DNA from: Gammaproteobacteria bacterium | GTDB lineage: Bacteria > Pseudomonadota > Gammaproteobacteria > Eutrophobiales > Eutrophobiaceae | DNA length: 64,000 nucleotides | Assembly (NCBI GenBank): GCA_965226155.1 | Contig: OZ245331.1 | Coordinates: forward strand, 207,997-271,996 | Direction: 5' to 3' | In this document: positions 54,150-64,000 of the stretch, piece after piece | Layout of the letters: each line of letters starts with the position of its first letter | Position numbering within the stretch: the stretch's first letter is position 1 | Program-made: the position numbers and the translations under genes | Notes under the pieces: generated by a model | Told to the model about the DNA's origin: nothing | Database searches by the model: none | What the model saw: only the letters and a program-made list of their open reading frames with translations

Positions 54150-55784
54150 ATGCCAATATTACGCTTAATACTGATACTAAGTGCCTTTGCTGTTTCAGCG
54201 TGCACCACTACGACGCCTATTCAAACTTCCGACACAACAAAAAGTTTAGCAACACTTGGAAATGACACTGAAACTAGCAACCCGTCTTTAAAAAATCTAT
54301 CAGAAGACCAGTCATTCACAGGACAACACTCTCAATCTCAACCAGTAGAAAAGTCCTATAAAAATATTTGGCTGCGTATAAGTGACAACCTTGTTCTTGA
54401 GCGCCACCTGGATAATCAAGCAGTCAAGGAACGGATAGCCTGGTATTCGCGTAATCAGGAATATTTTGACCGGGTAGCAAAAAGAGCAACCCCCTATTTC
54501 TATCATATTGTTGAAGAGTTGATGATACGAGATATTCCTTTGGATATCGCATTATTGCCGATTGTTGAGAGCGCTTTTCAACCCTTTGCATATTCAAGGA
54601 GTAGGGCATCAGGTATCTGGCAATTTATTTCAAGTACTGGAAAACATTACGGCTTAAAGCAGAACTGGTGGTATGACGGACGACGCGACATTCTTGCGTC
54701 AACCGAGGCTGCATTGAACTATTTAGAAAAGTTGCATAGTCAGTTTGATGGAGACTGGCAATTGGCCTTGGCGGCATATAATTCTGGTGAACTGAATGTA
54801 GGACGGGCCATCAGCAGAAATCAAAAACTAAAAAAGAAAACCGATTTCTTTTCTTTAAAATTACCTAGAGAAACCCGTAATTATGTCCCTAGTTTACTCG
54901 CCTTGGCAGAAATCGTCGCCAACCCAGAAAAGCACGGGATTACCTTAACACCGATCAATAACACGCCTTACTTCACAAAAGTGGACATCGGTAAGCAACT
55001 AGATCTGTCCATAGCTGCAAAATTCGCTGATCTCACTATGGATGAGATCTATATCCTTAATCCTGGATTTAACCGGTGGGCCACCGATCCGGATGGCCCA
55101 TATTACCTATTGGTCCCAATCGAAAAAGAACAGCAGTTTGTGATTGCTCTTGCTGCACTTCCTGAAAGCGAACGGGTCAGTTGGCATCAACATGTCATCA
55201 AACGAGGTGAGACGTTGAGTCAAATAGCTGAGCGTTACCATACAAGTATTGTCGCTATTAAGGATATAAATAACCTTCGCAACAATACAATTCGTATAGG
55301 ACATTCCCTGCTGATTCCTTCATCAAAACAACAATTGAAGCATTACACACTCAGTATAGATAGTAGACGTTTCAGCAACCTGCAACGAGACGGTAATGGT
55401 GAAAAATATATTTATACTGCAATCGGTGGCGACAATCTGTGGTTGATCGGGGAAAAATATGGCGTAAGCATTAGTGAGTTAAGCAAATGGAATGGCATTC
55501 GCTCAAGCAGTATCATAAGACCTGGTCAAAAACTCAGCCTCTGGCTAGGTGAAAGGACACGGACAACCTTGGCACCTGCAATTAAAATTGATTATTCTAG
55601 GAATGATAGTGGCGAGATACTCTATACAGTCAAAAAGGGTGATTCACTGTGGCAAATTTCCAGACAATTTAGGGTAACCGTTGCTCAATTACAGGAATGG
55701 AATAATTTAAATAGGGATAGGTTCCTGCAACTAGGACAAAAACTGATTTTACATGATGCCCCGTTATTGCAAACCGGCGGCTAA
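54150..55784 (+). CDS. mltD: Membrane-bound lytic murein transglycosylase D
   Basis: Lipobox VSAC, SLT motifs (IVESAF, ASGIWQF, LAAYNSG, ETRNYV) and three LysM repeats. Confidence 0.93.
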   Translation: MPILRLILILSAFAVSACTTTTPIQTSDTTKSLATLGNDTETSNPSLKNLSEDQSFTGQHSQSQPVEKSYKNIWLRISDNLVLERHLDNQAVKERIAWYSRNQEYFDRVAKRATPYFYHIVEELMIRDIPLDIALLPIVESAFQPFAYSRSRASGIWQFISSTGKHYGLKQNWWYDGRRDILASTEAALNYLEKLHSQFDGDWQLALAAYNSGELNVGRAISRNQKLKKKTDFFSLKLPRETRNYVPSLLALAEIVANPEKHGITLTPINNTPYFTKVDIGKQLDLSIAAKFADLTMDEIYILNPGFNRWATDPDGPYYLLVPIEKEQQFVIALAALPESERVSWHQHVIKRGETLSQIAERYHTSIVAIKDINNLRNNTIRIGHSLLIPSSKQQLKHYTLSIDSRRFSNLQRDGNGEKYIYTAIGGDNLWLIGEKYGVSISELSKWNGIRSSSIIRPGQKLSLWLGERTRTTLAPAIKIDYSRNDSGEILYTVKKGDSLWQISRQFRVTVAQLQEWNNLNRDRFLQLGQKLILHDAPLLQTGG

Positions 55785-55873
55785 TATTCATTAGCCACCC
55801 AAGTTTAAACTCAAAGCTCATATTTTTACCAAGTAATCTCGCCTCGACTGCGAATTATTCATAGAATGGGTTC

Positions 55874-58120
55874 ATGATTAGGATCATAAAATTCCTGGTT
55901 CGCTGCCTGTTAAAGGTGTTATACGGCGTTAAAGTCAGTGGCATGGAAAATTACCAGAAAGCTGGAGATCGCGTGCTGATAGTCGCAAACCATACTTCGT
56001 TATTGGACGGTGTGTTGCTCTATGCATGGTTGCCAGAGACACCAACATTTGCAATCAATTCCGATATTGCAAAGAGAAAATTATTCAAATTTTTTCTGTT
56101 GTTTGTAGACCTTTTTGAGATGGCCCAAACCGGGCCACTCTCTATCAAGTCACTGATTAAGTTTATCCAGAAGGATAAGAAAGCTGTCATCTTTCCGGAA
56201 GGCCGAATAACAATAACTGGAACATTAATGAAAATTTACGAAGGCCCAGGCTTAGTGGCGGACAAAGCAAATGCCACTATCTTGCCTATTGCAATTGATG
56301 GAGCACAATTGAGTACTTTTTCCTATATGAAAGGCATAAACCATGTCAGATGGTTTCCACGAATATCTATAAAGGTCTTACCCCCTGAAAAAATAAATAT
56401 TAAACCTGAGATTATAGGTCATAGGAGACGCAATATTGTATCGATGATGATGCAGAAAATAATGTTACGTTTGCAATTCGAAACCTATGACTACCAAAAG
56501 ACAATTTTTTCTGCCTTACTTGAATCTGCAAACCGGTTTGGTCATGGCGTAACTATACTTAAAGACACAACTGGCGAAGTACTGAGTTACCGCGGTCTCT
56601 TAATAAAGACTTTTATCATAGCAAGAGCATTCGCCAGAAACTCGGTACCGGACGGCAACATCGGACTGTTATTGCCCAATATCAATGCGACGGTAATCAG
56701 TTTTCTAGCCTGCCAATATCTAGGGCGGATACCTGCCATGCTAAATTTTACTTCTGGCACCCAAAATATTCTCAAGGCCTGCAAAACAGCTAACATTACC
56801 ACGGTTTATTCTTCTGCTAATTTTATCGAAAAAGCTGGTCTTGAATTATTAATCAAAGAGCTGGATCAGCAACTCAAGGTTATCTACGTTGAAGATTTGC
56901 GGAATCAGATTACGATTATTGACAAATGCCAAGGCCTGCTAAAGGCAATGATTCCCCGTCTTACTTATAGGAAACGCGCAAAATTAACTAGCCCTGATAG
57001 TCCTGCTGTCATTCTTTTTACTTCCGGGTCCGAAGATGCGCCTAAAGGCGTAGTGCTATCACATTCAAACGTTTTGTCAAATTTCGCCCAGGTGCGTATC
57101 CATATCGACTTCAAAACATCTGATACGGTATTTACTTGTCTACCTTTATTTCACTCTTTCGGCTTGAATGCGGGAACCCTTATGCCACTGTTGGGTGGAA
57201 GTATGGTCTTCCTCTACCCTACTCCACTGCATTATCGAGTCATCCCCCAATTGATCTATGAACTCAGCGCTACAATTTTATTTGGCACAAACACGTTTTT
57301 TAAGGGGTATGCTAAACATGCACATCCCTATGATTTTAATACGTTGCGATATACCGTTGCTGGCGCTGAAAAATTGCGAGAAGACACGAAGCTACTATGG
57401 ATGGAAAAATTCGGTATTCGAATTTTCGAAGGATATGGTGTTACTGAAACCAGCCCAGTGATATCAGTAAACACACCCATCATATATAAGCCAAATTCAG
57501 TAGGTTTACCCCTGCCAGCAATGGACTGTTATTTGCTACCCGTCGAAGGAATAGAACGCGGTGGTAGACTTGTAGTAAAAGGGCCAAACATTATGAAGGG
57601 TTATCTATTAAGTGACTCAGAAGGAGAAATTATACCCCCAGTGACTGAAGGCAATGAAGGCTGGCATGATACAGGCGATATCGCCTGTATTGATGATGAT
57701 GGATACATTTCAATCATTGGCAGAGCTAAACGTTTTGCAAAACTGGGTGGGGAAATGGTTTCACTATCTGCGGTCGAGGAGCTGGCTATTCAAACCTGGC
57801 CCAGATTCTCTCATGCGGCAGTTTCACTTGCAGACGACAAGAAGGGAGAAAAGATTGTACTGATAACGGATTACAACAATGCCAATAGAAAAGCTATCCA
57901 GGAAACAGCGCGTAAATTGAAATACGCTGAAATCTATGTACCGAAGAAAGTGGTACTCGCAGAAGAACTACCAGTACTTAGCACTGGCAAAATCGATTAT
58001 TTGACGTTGACGGCTATGGCCGAAGCAGAAGACAAGGAAGGTACGGGCTGGATAGGTAAGCTTACTGGTCTAATGAAAAAAACTGACAATGAAGTGACTG
58101 AAGAATCCGATCAAAATTAG
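55874..58120 (+). CDS. aas: Bifunctional acyltransferase / acyl-ACP synthetase (Aas-like)
   Basis: PlsC motifs NHTSLLD and FPEGR; AMP-binding motifs FTSGSEDAPKG, EGYGVTE, TGD and GRAKRF. Confidence 0.88.
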   Translation: MIRIIKFLVRCLLKVLYGVKVSGMENYQKAGDRVLIVANHTSLLDGVLLYAWLPETPTFAINSDIAKRKLFKFFLLFVDLFEMAQTGPLSIKSLIKFIQKDKKAVIFPEGRITITGTLMKIYEGPGLVADKANATILPIAIDGAQLSTFSYMKGINHVRWFPRISIKVLPPEKINIKPEIIGHRRRNIVSMMMQKIMLRLQFETYDYQKTIFSALLESANRFGHGVTILKDTTGEVLSYRGLLIKTFIIARAFARNSVPDGNIGLLLPNINATVISFLACQYLGRIPAMLNFTSGTQNILKACKTANITTVYSSANFIEKAGLELLIKELDQQLKVIYVEDLRNQITIIDKCQGLLKAMIPRLTYRKRAKLTSPDSPAVILFTSGSEDAPKGVVLSHSNVLSNFAQVRIHIDFKTSDTVFTCLPLFHSFGLNAGTLMPLLGGSMVFLYPTPLHYRVIPQLIYELSATILFGTNTFFKGYAKHAHPYDFNTLRYTVAGAEKLREDTKLLWMEKFGIRIFEGYGVTETSPVISVNTPIIYKPNSVGLPLPAMDCYLLPVEGIERGGRLVVKGPNIMKGYLLSDSEGEIIPPVTEGNEGWHDTGDIACIDDDGYISIIGRAKRFAKLGGEMVSLSAVEELAIQTWPRFSHAAVSLADDKKGEKIVLITDYNNANRKAIQETARKLKYAEIYVPKKVVLAEELPVLSTGKIDYLTLTAMAEAEDKEGTGWIGKLTGLMKKTDNEVTEESDQN

Positions 58121-58122
58121 TA

Positions 58123-58845
58123 TCACGGTTCACGTGTCAGCGGTACAAAAACCACAGACAAGACATTCCATTCACTAATTTTTCCCGATGCGCTCTTTTC
58201 TATGACCCGCAATGACTGAGTACGACCCTGTTCGCCGACCGGTATGATCATCCTTCCTTGCGGTTTGAGTTGTGCGATGAGAGGTTCTGGCACTTGTTCA
58301 GGCGCGGCTGTCACAAGTATGGCATCAAAAGGGGCTGCATCACGCCATCCGTGATAACCGTCACCCGCCTTGACTGTAATGTTTTGATAACCCAACCGAT
58401 CAAGGGTCTTTTTTGCATTTACAGCAAGCTTATCAATGATCTCAATGGTATACACATGGTCGGCCAGCTCAGCTAATATTGCCGCCTGATAACCCGACCC
58501 TGTACCAATTTCTAATACCACTGATTCTTTATCGACCATAGCTAGATCGGTCATCAATGCAACAATATAGGGTTGGGATATGGTTTGATCTTCGCCGATA
58601 GGCAGTGGCCTGTTTATATACGCATAGTCGCGGAGATTTTCTGGAACAAACTCATGTCTTGGCACACTGGACACGGCATCAAGCACACGGCTATCCAATT
58701 GCTGTTTGCCGGTATAGTCACTGGTATCTCTGACCATTGTCTGAATCTTATTAACCATTTCCTGGCGTAAATGGGTGTACTGTTCCTGCGAATACAGCGG
58801 AAGAGCAAAAAGCATTAAAAAAAAGATTCGGTAGATAGTAGGCAT
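58123..58845 (-). CDS. Second protein-L-isoaspartate O-methyltransferase, with a signal-peptide-like N-terminus
   Basis: VPRHEFV, QTISQPYIVA, LEIGTGSGYQAA, GDGYHGW and FVPL. N-terminus MPTIYRIFFLMLFALPLYSQE. Confidence 0.9.
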   Translation of the reverse strand: MPTIYRIFFLMLFALPLYSQEQYTHLRQEMVNKIQTMVRDTSDYTGKQQLDSRVLDAVSSVPRHEFVPENLRDYAYINRPLPIGEDQTISQPYIVALMTDLAMVDKESVVLEIGTGSGYQAAILAELADHVYTIEIIDKLAVNAKKTLDRLGYQNITVKAGDGYHGWRDAAPFDAILVTAAPEQVPEPLIAQLKPQGRMIIPVGEQGRTQSLRVIEKSASGKISEWNVLSVVFVPLTREP

Positions 58846-58877
58846 ATTCTGATCCACTTTACCGTATAGATAGCACA

Positions 58878-59543
58878 TCAATCTACCGAGAGAGCAAGAA
58901 TTCGGCTAATTTGACACAACGGTCGGCTACTCTGTCTTGCCCAAGCAGTAAAGGTAGCCTGCACGATCTGTTTTGCCTTCTTTGTCTTCGGTATCCCTGA
59001 AAAAACTCCCCAACGATTTAAAGCACGGACCACATCATTTGTAAGCAGAAAAGTATCTTTGCCTGCCATCCGCAAAAAGTAAGGGCCTGAATTGCCACCC
59101 ATATGCTTGAATTTCTTTTTCAGACCTTCCCATAGATCAACGACCTCATCGTCTTGCCAGGCTGCAAGATAACTTCCAAATGATGGGTATTGTTCCCGCT
59201 TTACGTGCATGGCAGCGGCGTTATGCCGGACAGATTTGATTTTGCCCCAATGGCGAATGATGCGTTTATCCTGCATGAGTTTTTCCAAGGCCTCATCTCT
59301 CATCATTCGTATCCAGTCCACATTAAATTTGTGGAATACCTGTTCGAAGTTAGGCCATTTTGAATCTACCATAGAGTGCTTCAACCCAGCACGGAATACC
59401 CTCCGTGACATAAGTGACAGATACCAAGCGTCGTCTTTTGCTTTTAATTGCTTTGCTGATTTCGGCGTTGGAAGTAATAGCTCAATATCGTCTTGTGGAT
59501 GCAGTGCCACGGCCTCATCATAGATAATAGTAAAAGGTTTCAT
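58878..59543 (-). CDS. DNA-3-methyladenine glycosylase I-like protein
   Basis: VFRAGL...VDSKWPNFEQVF, IIRHWGKIKSV and FLRMAGKDTF resemble the Tag-like family. Confidence 0.78.
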   Translation of the reverse strand: MKPFTIIYDEAVALHPQDDIELLLPTPKSAKQLKAKDDAWYLSLMSRRVFRAGLKHSMVDSKWPNFEQVFHKFNVDWIRMMRDEALEKLMQDKRIIRHWGKIKSVRHNAAAMHVKREQYPSFGSYLAAWQDDEVVDLWEGLKKKFKHMGGNSGPYFLRMAGKDTFLLTNDVVRALNRWGVFSGIPKTKKAKQIVQATFTAWARQSSRPLCQISRILALSVD

Positions 59544-59613
59544 TGATTAATTTTCAATTTATCCTGTGTTTTGAATATAATCCTTCAACGATAATAAAAC
59601 TGGATGGTAAATA

Positions 59614-60129
59614 ATGGAACAACTTAAGGCATGTATCAGGAACATACCCGATTTTCCGGAACCCGGAATCCAGTTCAAGGACATTACTCCGTTAGTGAAA
59701 GATCCGAAGATGCTACGTCTTGCTGTAAAACACTTAGTTGATCCGTTTCGCGATAAAAACCTCACCGCTATTGCTGGCATAGAGGCGCGCGGGTTTATCT
59801 TTGGGAGCCTAGCCGCGGCTGAGTTGGATGTGGGTTTTATCCCACTTAGAAAACCGGGGAAATTGCCCTATGATACTCAATCCATCTCCTATGATCTTGA
59901 GTATGGCTCAGCAGAGCTAGAGATGCACATCGATGCTGTCAATCATACCGACCGAGTATTATTAGTAGACGATCTCATTGCGACCGGCGGCACTGCTGTC
60001 GCAAGTTGTGAACTAATTGAAAAACTTAATGCGACTATCGCTGGTTGTGCATTTGTTATTGAACTAGATGATTTAAACGGTAGGGACAAACTATCAAAAT
60101 ACAACGTACACTCGTTGGTACACTACTAA
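59614..60129 (+). CDS. apt: Adenine phosphoribosyltransferase
   Basis: PDFPEPGIQFKDIT, EARGF, RKPGKLP and VDDLIATGGT. Confidence 0.97.
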   Translation: MEQLKACIRNIPDFPEPGIQFKDITPLVKDPKMLRLAVKHLVDPFRDKNLTAIAGIEARGFIFGSLAAAELDVGFIPLRKPGKLPYDTQSISYDLEYGSAELEMHIDAVNHTDRVLLVDDLIATGGTAVASCELIEKLNATIAGCAFVIELDDLNGRDKLSKYNVHSLVHY

Positions 60130-62048
60130 ACCGTAGATTTTTCGTGTTGGTTGAAAAATTGACCCACTTCTTCAATCGAAGAAGTATTTCGCATTTTAGG
60201 CAGACTCCGTAGAAAGGTTTTACCATAGGATTTACTCTGTAATCGGGAGTCACAAATCATTAGCACACCATAGTCAGCACTATCACGGATCAATCTTCCA
60301 ACACCTTGTTTCAGAGTAAGCACAGCCTCCGGTAATTGAAATTCTTTAAATGGACTCCTTCCTTGTTCTTCTAGTTTCTTCATCCTTGCTTGCATAACCG
60401 GATCATCCGGAGTCGTAAATGGCAATTTGTCGATAATCACACACGATAGCGCCTGTCCCTTTACATCCACGCCTTCCCAGAAACTATGGGTACCTAGTAA
60501 AACTGCATGCTTGGTATTGCGAAACGATTCCAGCAACTCAGTTCGTGGTGCTTCACCCTGGACCAGTATTGGATAGTCAATGAGTTCGTGGATCAATTGG
60601 GTAGCGACCTGTAAAGCACGGTGGCTAGTAAATAGAAAAAAAGCACGGCCACGCGTAAGGTTTAGGATCGGTATCGCAGCTTGTACCACCTGTTCCGTAT
60701 AACCGGCACTTCGTGGGTCACTAAGACCATTTGGCAGATAGAGCAGTGCCTGTTTGTAAAAATCAAAAGGACTTTGCCACAACTTGTCCATAACATCACG
60801 CAGCCCTAACTGTTGTGAAAAGTGATCAAATTTATTGTTAACTGTTAACGTTGCTGAAGTGTAGATACACTGGCAGTCATATTCAGCTAGGCGTTCCTGA
60901 AAAGTCTCAGCAATATCCAGCGGGGTCTGATGCATAAAAAAACTGTTGCCGCGTGTCTCTAACCATTGGATGTTATCCGCTGTTGAACTTTCTAAATATT
61001 GATCCAATGTATCTAGGACTACCGAAAATCGTCTATTGCAGTTGTTCAGTTGCTTACCACGACTGGCAAACGCATCTAGTAATTGGCATGCTTTATCACA
61101 CTGGTCCATGAGTGATTTCAATGTATCAAAGACTTCTTTTTTATCTTTCAAGATTTGCCAAGAGGCTCTGATACTCCCTTGACCAAACGCCAATCGCAAT
61201 TGCCGTATCTTAGTTTCTACACTATCTATCTCAGCGAGAAAGTTCGGCATATCAGCTGCTTCATCAAAATACGCCGCCCTGCTGTCGTGGATAAGATCAG
61301 TTAGTTGATGGCTACTGAATGTCTGACTAAAAAATTGCAAAGCCAGATCAGGCAATTGATGAGCTTCATCGAAAATCACAACATCGGCAATGGGCAAGAG
61401 CTCGCCATATCCCAGCTCTCGTAGCGCAATGTCAGCAAACAACAAATAATGATTAACAACAGTTAGGTCTGCTTCACCAGCCTGTCGCCTTGCTTTAAAC
61501 ACAAAGCAATCGTCAAAATATTCACAATCCTGTCCAAGACAATTTTCTGTGGTAGACGAAATATACTTCCGTAGAGGCGCATCATCAGCAAGTGATGTTA
61601 ATTCAGACAAGTCACCGCTGATTGTTTGTTGTGACCAAAGTTTGATGGAATGTAGGCTTGAAACGTCACCTTTAGAAAGGGTGTCATGGTTGGATTCGGT
61701 ACGTGCAAGTCGTTGCAGGCAAAGGTAATTGGCCCGGCCTTTCAGCAAGGCGACTTGAATGGGTCTGCCTATAGCAGTAATAACCATCTGCAGGTCTCGC
61801 TGATATAACTGGTCCTGCAGGTGTTTGGTACCAGTAGAAATAATGACCTTTTGCCCAGACTGAATGGAAGGGATCAAATAAGCAAAGGTCTTGCCAGTCC
61901 CAGTACCAGCCTCACAGATCATCGACTCACCATTATGCATAGCATCTGCTATAGCTTCTGCCATCTCGATCTGCTGTGGCCGTACAGCATAATCTGGGAT
62001 CAATTCAGAAAGTGGCCCGTCTTCTGACAGTATGTCAGCTGGAGTCAG
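60126..62048 (-). CDS. yoaA: DinG/YoaA-family Fe-S DNA helicase (probable non-ATG start near 62048)
   Basis: EAGTGTGKT, KGRANYLC, Fe-S Cys residues, DEAH, FWEGVD and QGVGRLIR. The frame extends upstream through TPADILSEDGPL. Confidence 0.9.
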   Translation of the reverse strand: MTPADILSEDGPLSELIPDYAVRPQQIEMAEAIADAMHNGESMICEAGTGTGKTFAYLIPSIQSGQKVIISTGTKHLQDQLYQRDLQMVITAIGRPIQVALLKGRANYLCLQRLARTESNHDTLSKGDVSSLHSIKLWSQQTISGDLSELTSLADDAPLRKYISSTTENCLGQDCEYFDDCFVFKARRQAGEADLTVVNHYLLFADIALRELGYGELLPIADVVIFDEAHQLPDLALQFFSQTFSSHQLTDLIHDSRAAYFDEAADMPNFLAEIDSVETKIRQLRLAFGQGSIRASWQILKDKKEVFDTLKSLMDQCDKACQLLDAFASRGKQLNNCNRRFSVVLDTLDQYLESSTADNIQWLETRGNSFFMHQTPLDIAETFQERLAEYDCQCIYTSATLTVNNKFDHFSQQLGLRDVMDKLWQSPFDFYKQALLYLPNGLSDPRSAGYTEQVVQAAIPILNLTRGRAFFLFTSHRALQVATQLIHELIDYPILVQGEAPRTELLESFRNTKHAVLLGTHSFWEGVDVKGQALSCVIIDKLPFTTPDDPVMQARMKKLEEQGRSPFKEFQLPEAVLTLKQGVGRLIRDSADYGVLMICDSRLQSKSYGKTFLRSLPKMRNTSSIEEVGQFFNQHEKSTV

Positions 62049-62065
62049 AATGATTACTACCTTGT

Positions 62066-63025
62066 TTATGCCTGGTTGTAAGTAAAGGATACGACCTCGT
62101 CAATGTGATCATAACCCAGAACCGCCATTAATAAACGTTCAATTCCCACTGCGACACCGGTACAATTTGGCAAGCCATGCGCTAAGGCAGCGATGAGATT
62201 TTCATCCACAGGGACTTCTGGTATTCCTAGTAACCGTCTATGCTCATTGTCTGCGTCAAAGCGTTGCCGCTGCTCTGATGCATCAATTAACTCATGAAAC
62301 CCATTAGCGATCTCTACCCCTGTGATGAATAACTCAAACCGTTCTGCAACTGGGGGAGTATCATGACGAATACGGGCTAAGGCTGCCTGGCTTACTGGAT
62401 AATCGTAGATTAATTCCGGTAAAGACGCACCACTGTGCGGTGAAACTAATCGGTTAAATAGAAAATCGAGCAATACTGAGCGATTCGATCCATCACTCTC
62501 GAAGCCGTGTGATTTCGCTTCGGCTAACAATGCCTCAGTCAAACCAGTATGAGGGTCGATCCCTACATGTCGTGCAAAAATTTCTGCATAAGATTCTCGG
62601 CTAGCTTGTGACAATCCCAAAATTTCCAATAAGTCATTTAATTCATCCATCAAAGCATGATGATCAAACCCGACATGGTACCACTCAAGCATAGTGAACT
62701 CCGGTTGATGCAACCTACCTTGTTCTTGATTACGGAATACCCGACTAACCTGGTATATCGAACCACTGCCTGCGGACAGTAACCGTTTCATCGCAAATTC
62801 AGGTGAGGTGTTCAGATATACGGTGTCTGCTATGGTCGTTGAGGAAGATTGGACTTGAATTTGCATGCTATGCAAGTTCGGATCAGTATTGCCTGCATGG
62901 CTCAGTATTGGCGTATCTACTTCAAGAATATTATGAGACATCATAAACTCACGGATCTGGCTAAGTAGCCTAGACCGTTGTTTTAATATCTCAAAAGACG
63001 CGGCGGGTTGCCAATCACTGTTCAT
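62066..63025 (-). CDS. epmA: EF-P beta-lysine ligase EpmA
   Basis: WQPAAS, TSPEFAMKRLL, EFTMLEWY, ERFELF and ANGFHEL. Confidence 0.95.
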   Translation of the reverse strand: MNSDWQPAASFEILKQRSRLLSQIREFMMSHNILEVDTPILSHAGNTDPNLHSMQIQVQSSSTTIADTVYLNTSPEFAMKRLLSAGSGSIYQVSRVFRNQEQGRLHQPEFTMLEWYHVGFDHHALMDELNDLLEILGLSQASRESYAEIFARHVGIDPHTGLTEALLAEAKSHGFESDGSNRSVLLDFLFNRLVSPHSGASLPELIYDYPVSQAALARIRHDTPPVAERFELFITGVEIANGFHELIDASEQRQRFDADNEHRRLLGIPEVPVDENLIAALAHGLPNCTGVAVGIERLLMAVLGYDHIDEVVSFTYNQA

Positions 63026-63084
63026 GAGGCACGATAACCGAAATTATCACAGGGTTACTCACTTTATTGCCCCTATTGATTCAT

Positions 63085-64000
63085 CGCGGATTCAACTTTG
63101 AAGTGCAACGTTGATGTTAAAAAAGACTTCATGTGGTGTTTTTGAATTAAGTGTTTTTCTGGGACGGTGATTGAGTTTTTTCATGACCAAGTTTAACTGC
63201 TTTTGTGTAATCGTGCTGGAGTCCATTTTCTTTGGGAAGTACTGTCGAATGAGACCATTGATATTTTCATTTAAACCCCGTTCCCAGGAGGCATAAGGAT
63301 GTGCAAAGTAGAACCCCGCGTTCAATTGTTGAGCAATAACCTCATGCTCAGCAAATTCTTTTCCATTATCCGAGGTGACCGTGTGAACCGACGCCTTCAT
63401 ATTAGACAACAATCGCACGATAGCTTGCCTGACGGCAGAGGCAGTTCGTCGTTTCACCTGTGCAATCAAGGTGTACATCGACTTGCGCTCGCTCAAGGTG
63501 ACCAGCGCCTGTCGATGGCCTTTGCCGATGACGGTGTCCACTTCCCAGGCACCGATGTGTGTCTTCCTGTTCACAATGGCTGGACGCTTATCAATGCTGA
63601 TCTGATTCACCAGAACCCCACGACGTTGATAACTACCATAACGCTTCTTTCGTTTCTTCTGGCAACGCAAGTACCGGTACAGCTCACCGCCGTCTGCCTT
63701 GTCCTGGTATATGTAGTGATATATCCATTCATGACTCAGAGCGATACCTTCTCGTTTATGCAACCAGTCACTGATTTGCTCAGGACTCCATTCGTCCCGC
63801 AGCCAGACCTCTACTCGCTCCCACAAGGTCGTGGGGAGTCGCTGTTGTTGGCTGGCTTCTCGACGCGCTTGCCGGAGCAACTGAGCTTGGCGGGGTCGAT
63901 AGCCTCTCAAGCCACGGTTGCGTCTGAGTTCACGGCTAATAGTAGATTTATGCACGCCTATCAAGGCGGCTATCTCCGTTTGTGTATGTCCTGCTTTCAT
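63085..64000 (-). mobile_element. IS30-family insertion sequence, copy 2 (runs off the window; transposase ORF 63092 to beyond 64000 is open)
   Basis: The same right IR (CGCGGATTCAACTTTGAAGTGCAAC) starts at 63085. The transposase is near-identical to copy 1, in opposite orientation. Confidence 0.93.

Overview
This is a core-chromosome segment of a non-enteric gammaproteobacterium. Housekeeping blocks are: opp-type ABC transporter, fabI, tig-clpP-clpX-lon-hupB-tRNAs-ppiD, waaA, dsbC/xerD, rpsP-rimM-trmD-rplS, tRNA-fMet-rimP-nusA-infB-rbfA-truB-rpsO-pnp, PBP1B plus a TPR lipoprotein, adk, surE-pcm-nlpD-rpoS, argD-argF, yafS-rnhA-dnaQ/mltD, aas, apt, yoaA and epmA. There are four tRNAs and two diverged IS30-family copies. 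I saw no CRISPR array, prophage or rRNA. The most notable signals are missed or fragmented by the ORF track. (1) An unannotated transcription unit with its own -10, SD and terminator encodes a histone-H1/protamine-like Lys-rich miniprotein across an A9 tract (43726-43903). (2) A secreted protein has a duplicated C-x3-C-x2-(W/F)-x3-C module hidden behind a 1-nt frameshift (13893-14259). (3) A complete but multiply frameshifted AmmeMemoRadiSam locus carries a Memo-AMMECR1 fusion next to the initiator tRNA. (4) An uncharacterised P-loop NTPase is tightly coupled to an atypical MetA. (5) A decayed gloB remnant, a frameshifted dnaQ and about 9 indels concentrated in dispensable genes suggest genome erosion or a mutator state, although long-read homopolymer errors cannot be excluded. 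All calls come from reading the sequence and recognising motifs; no searches were run.
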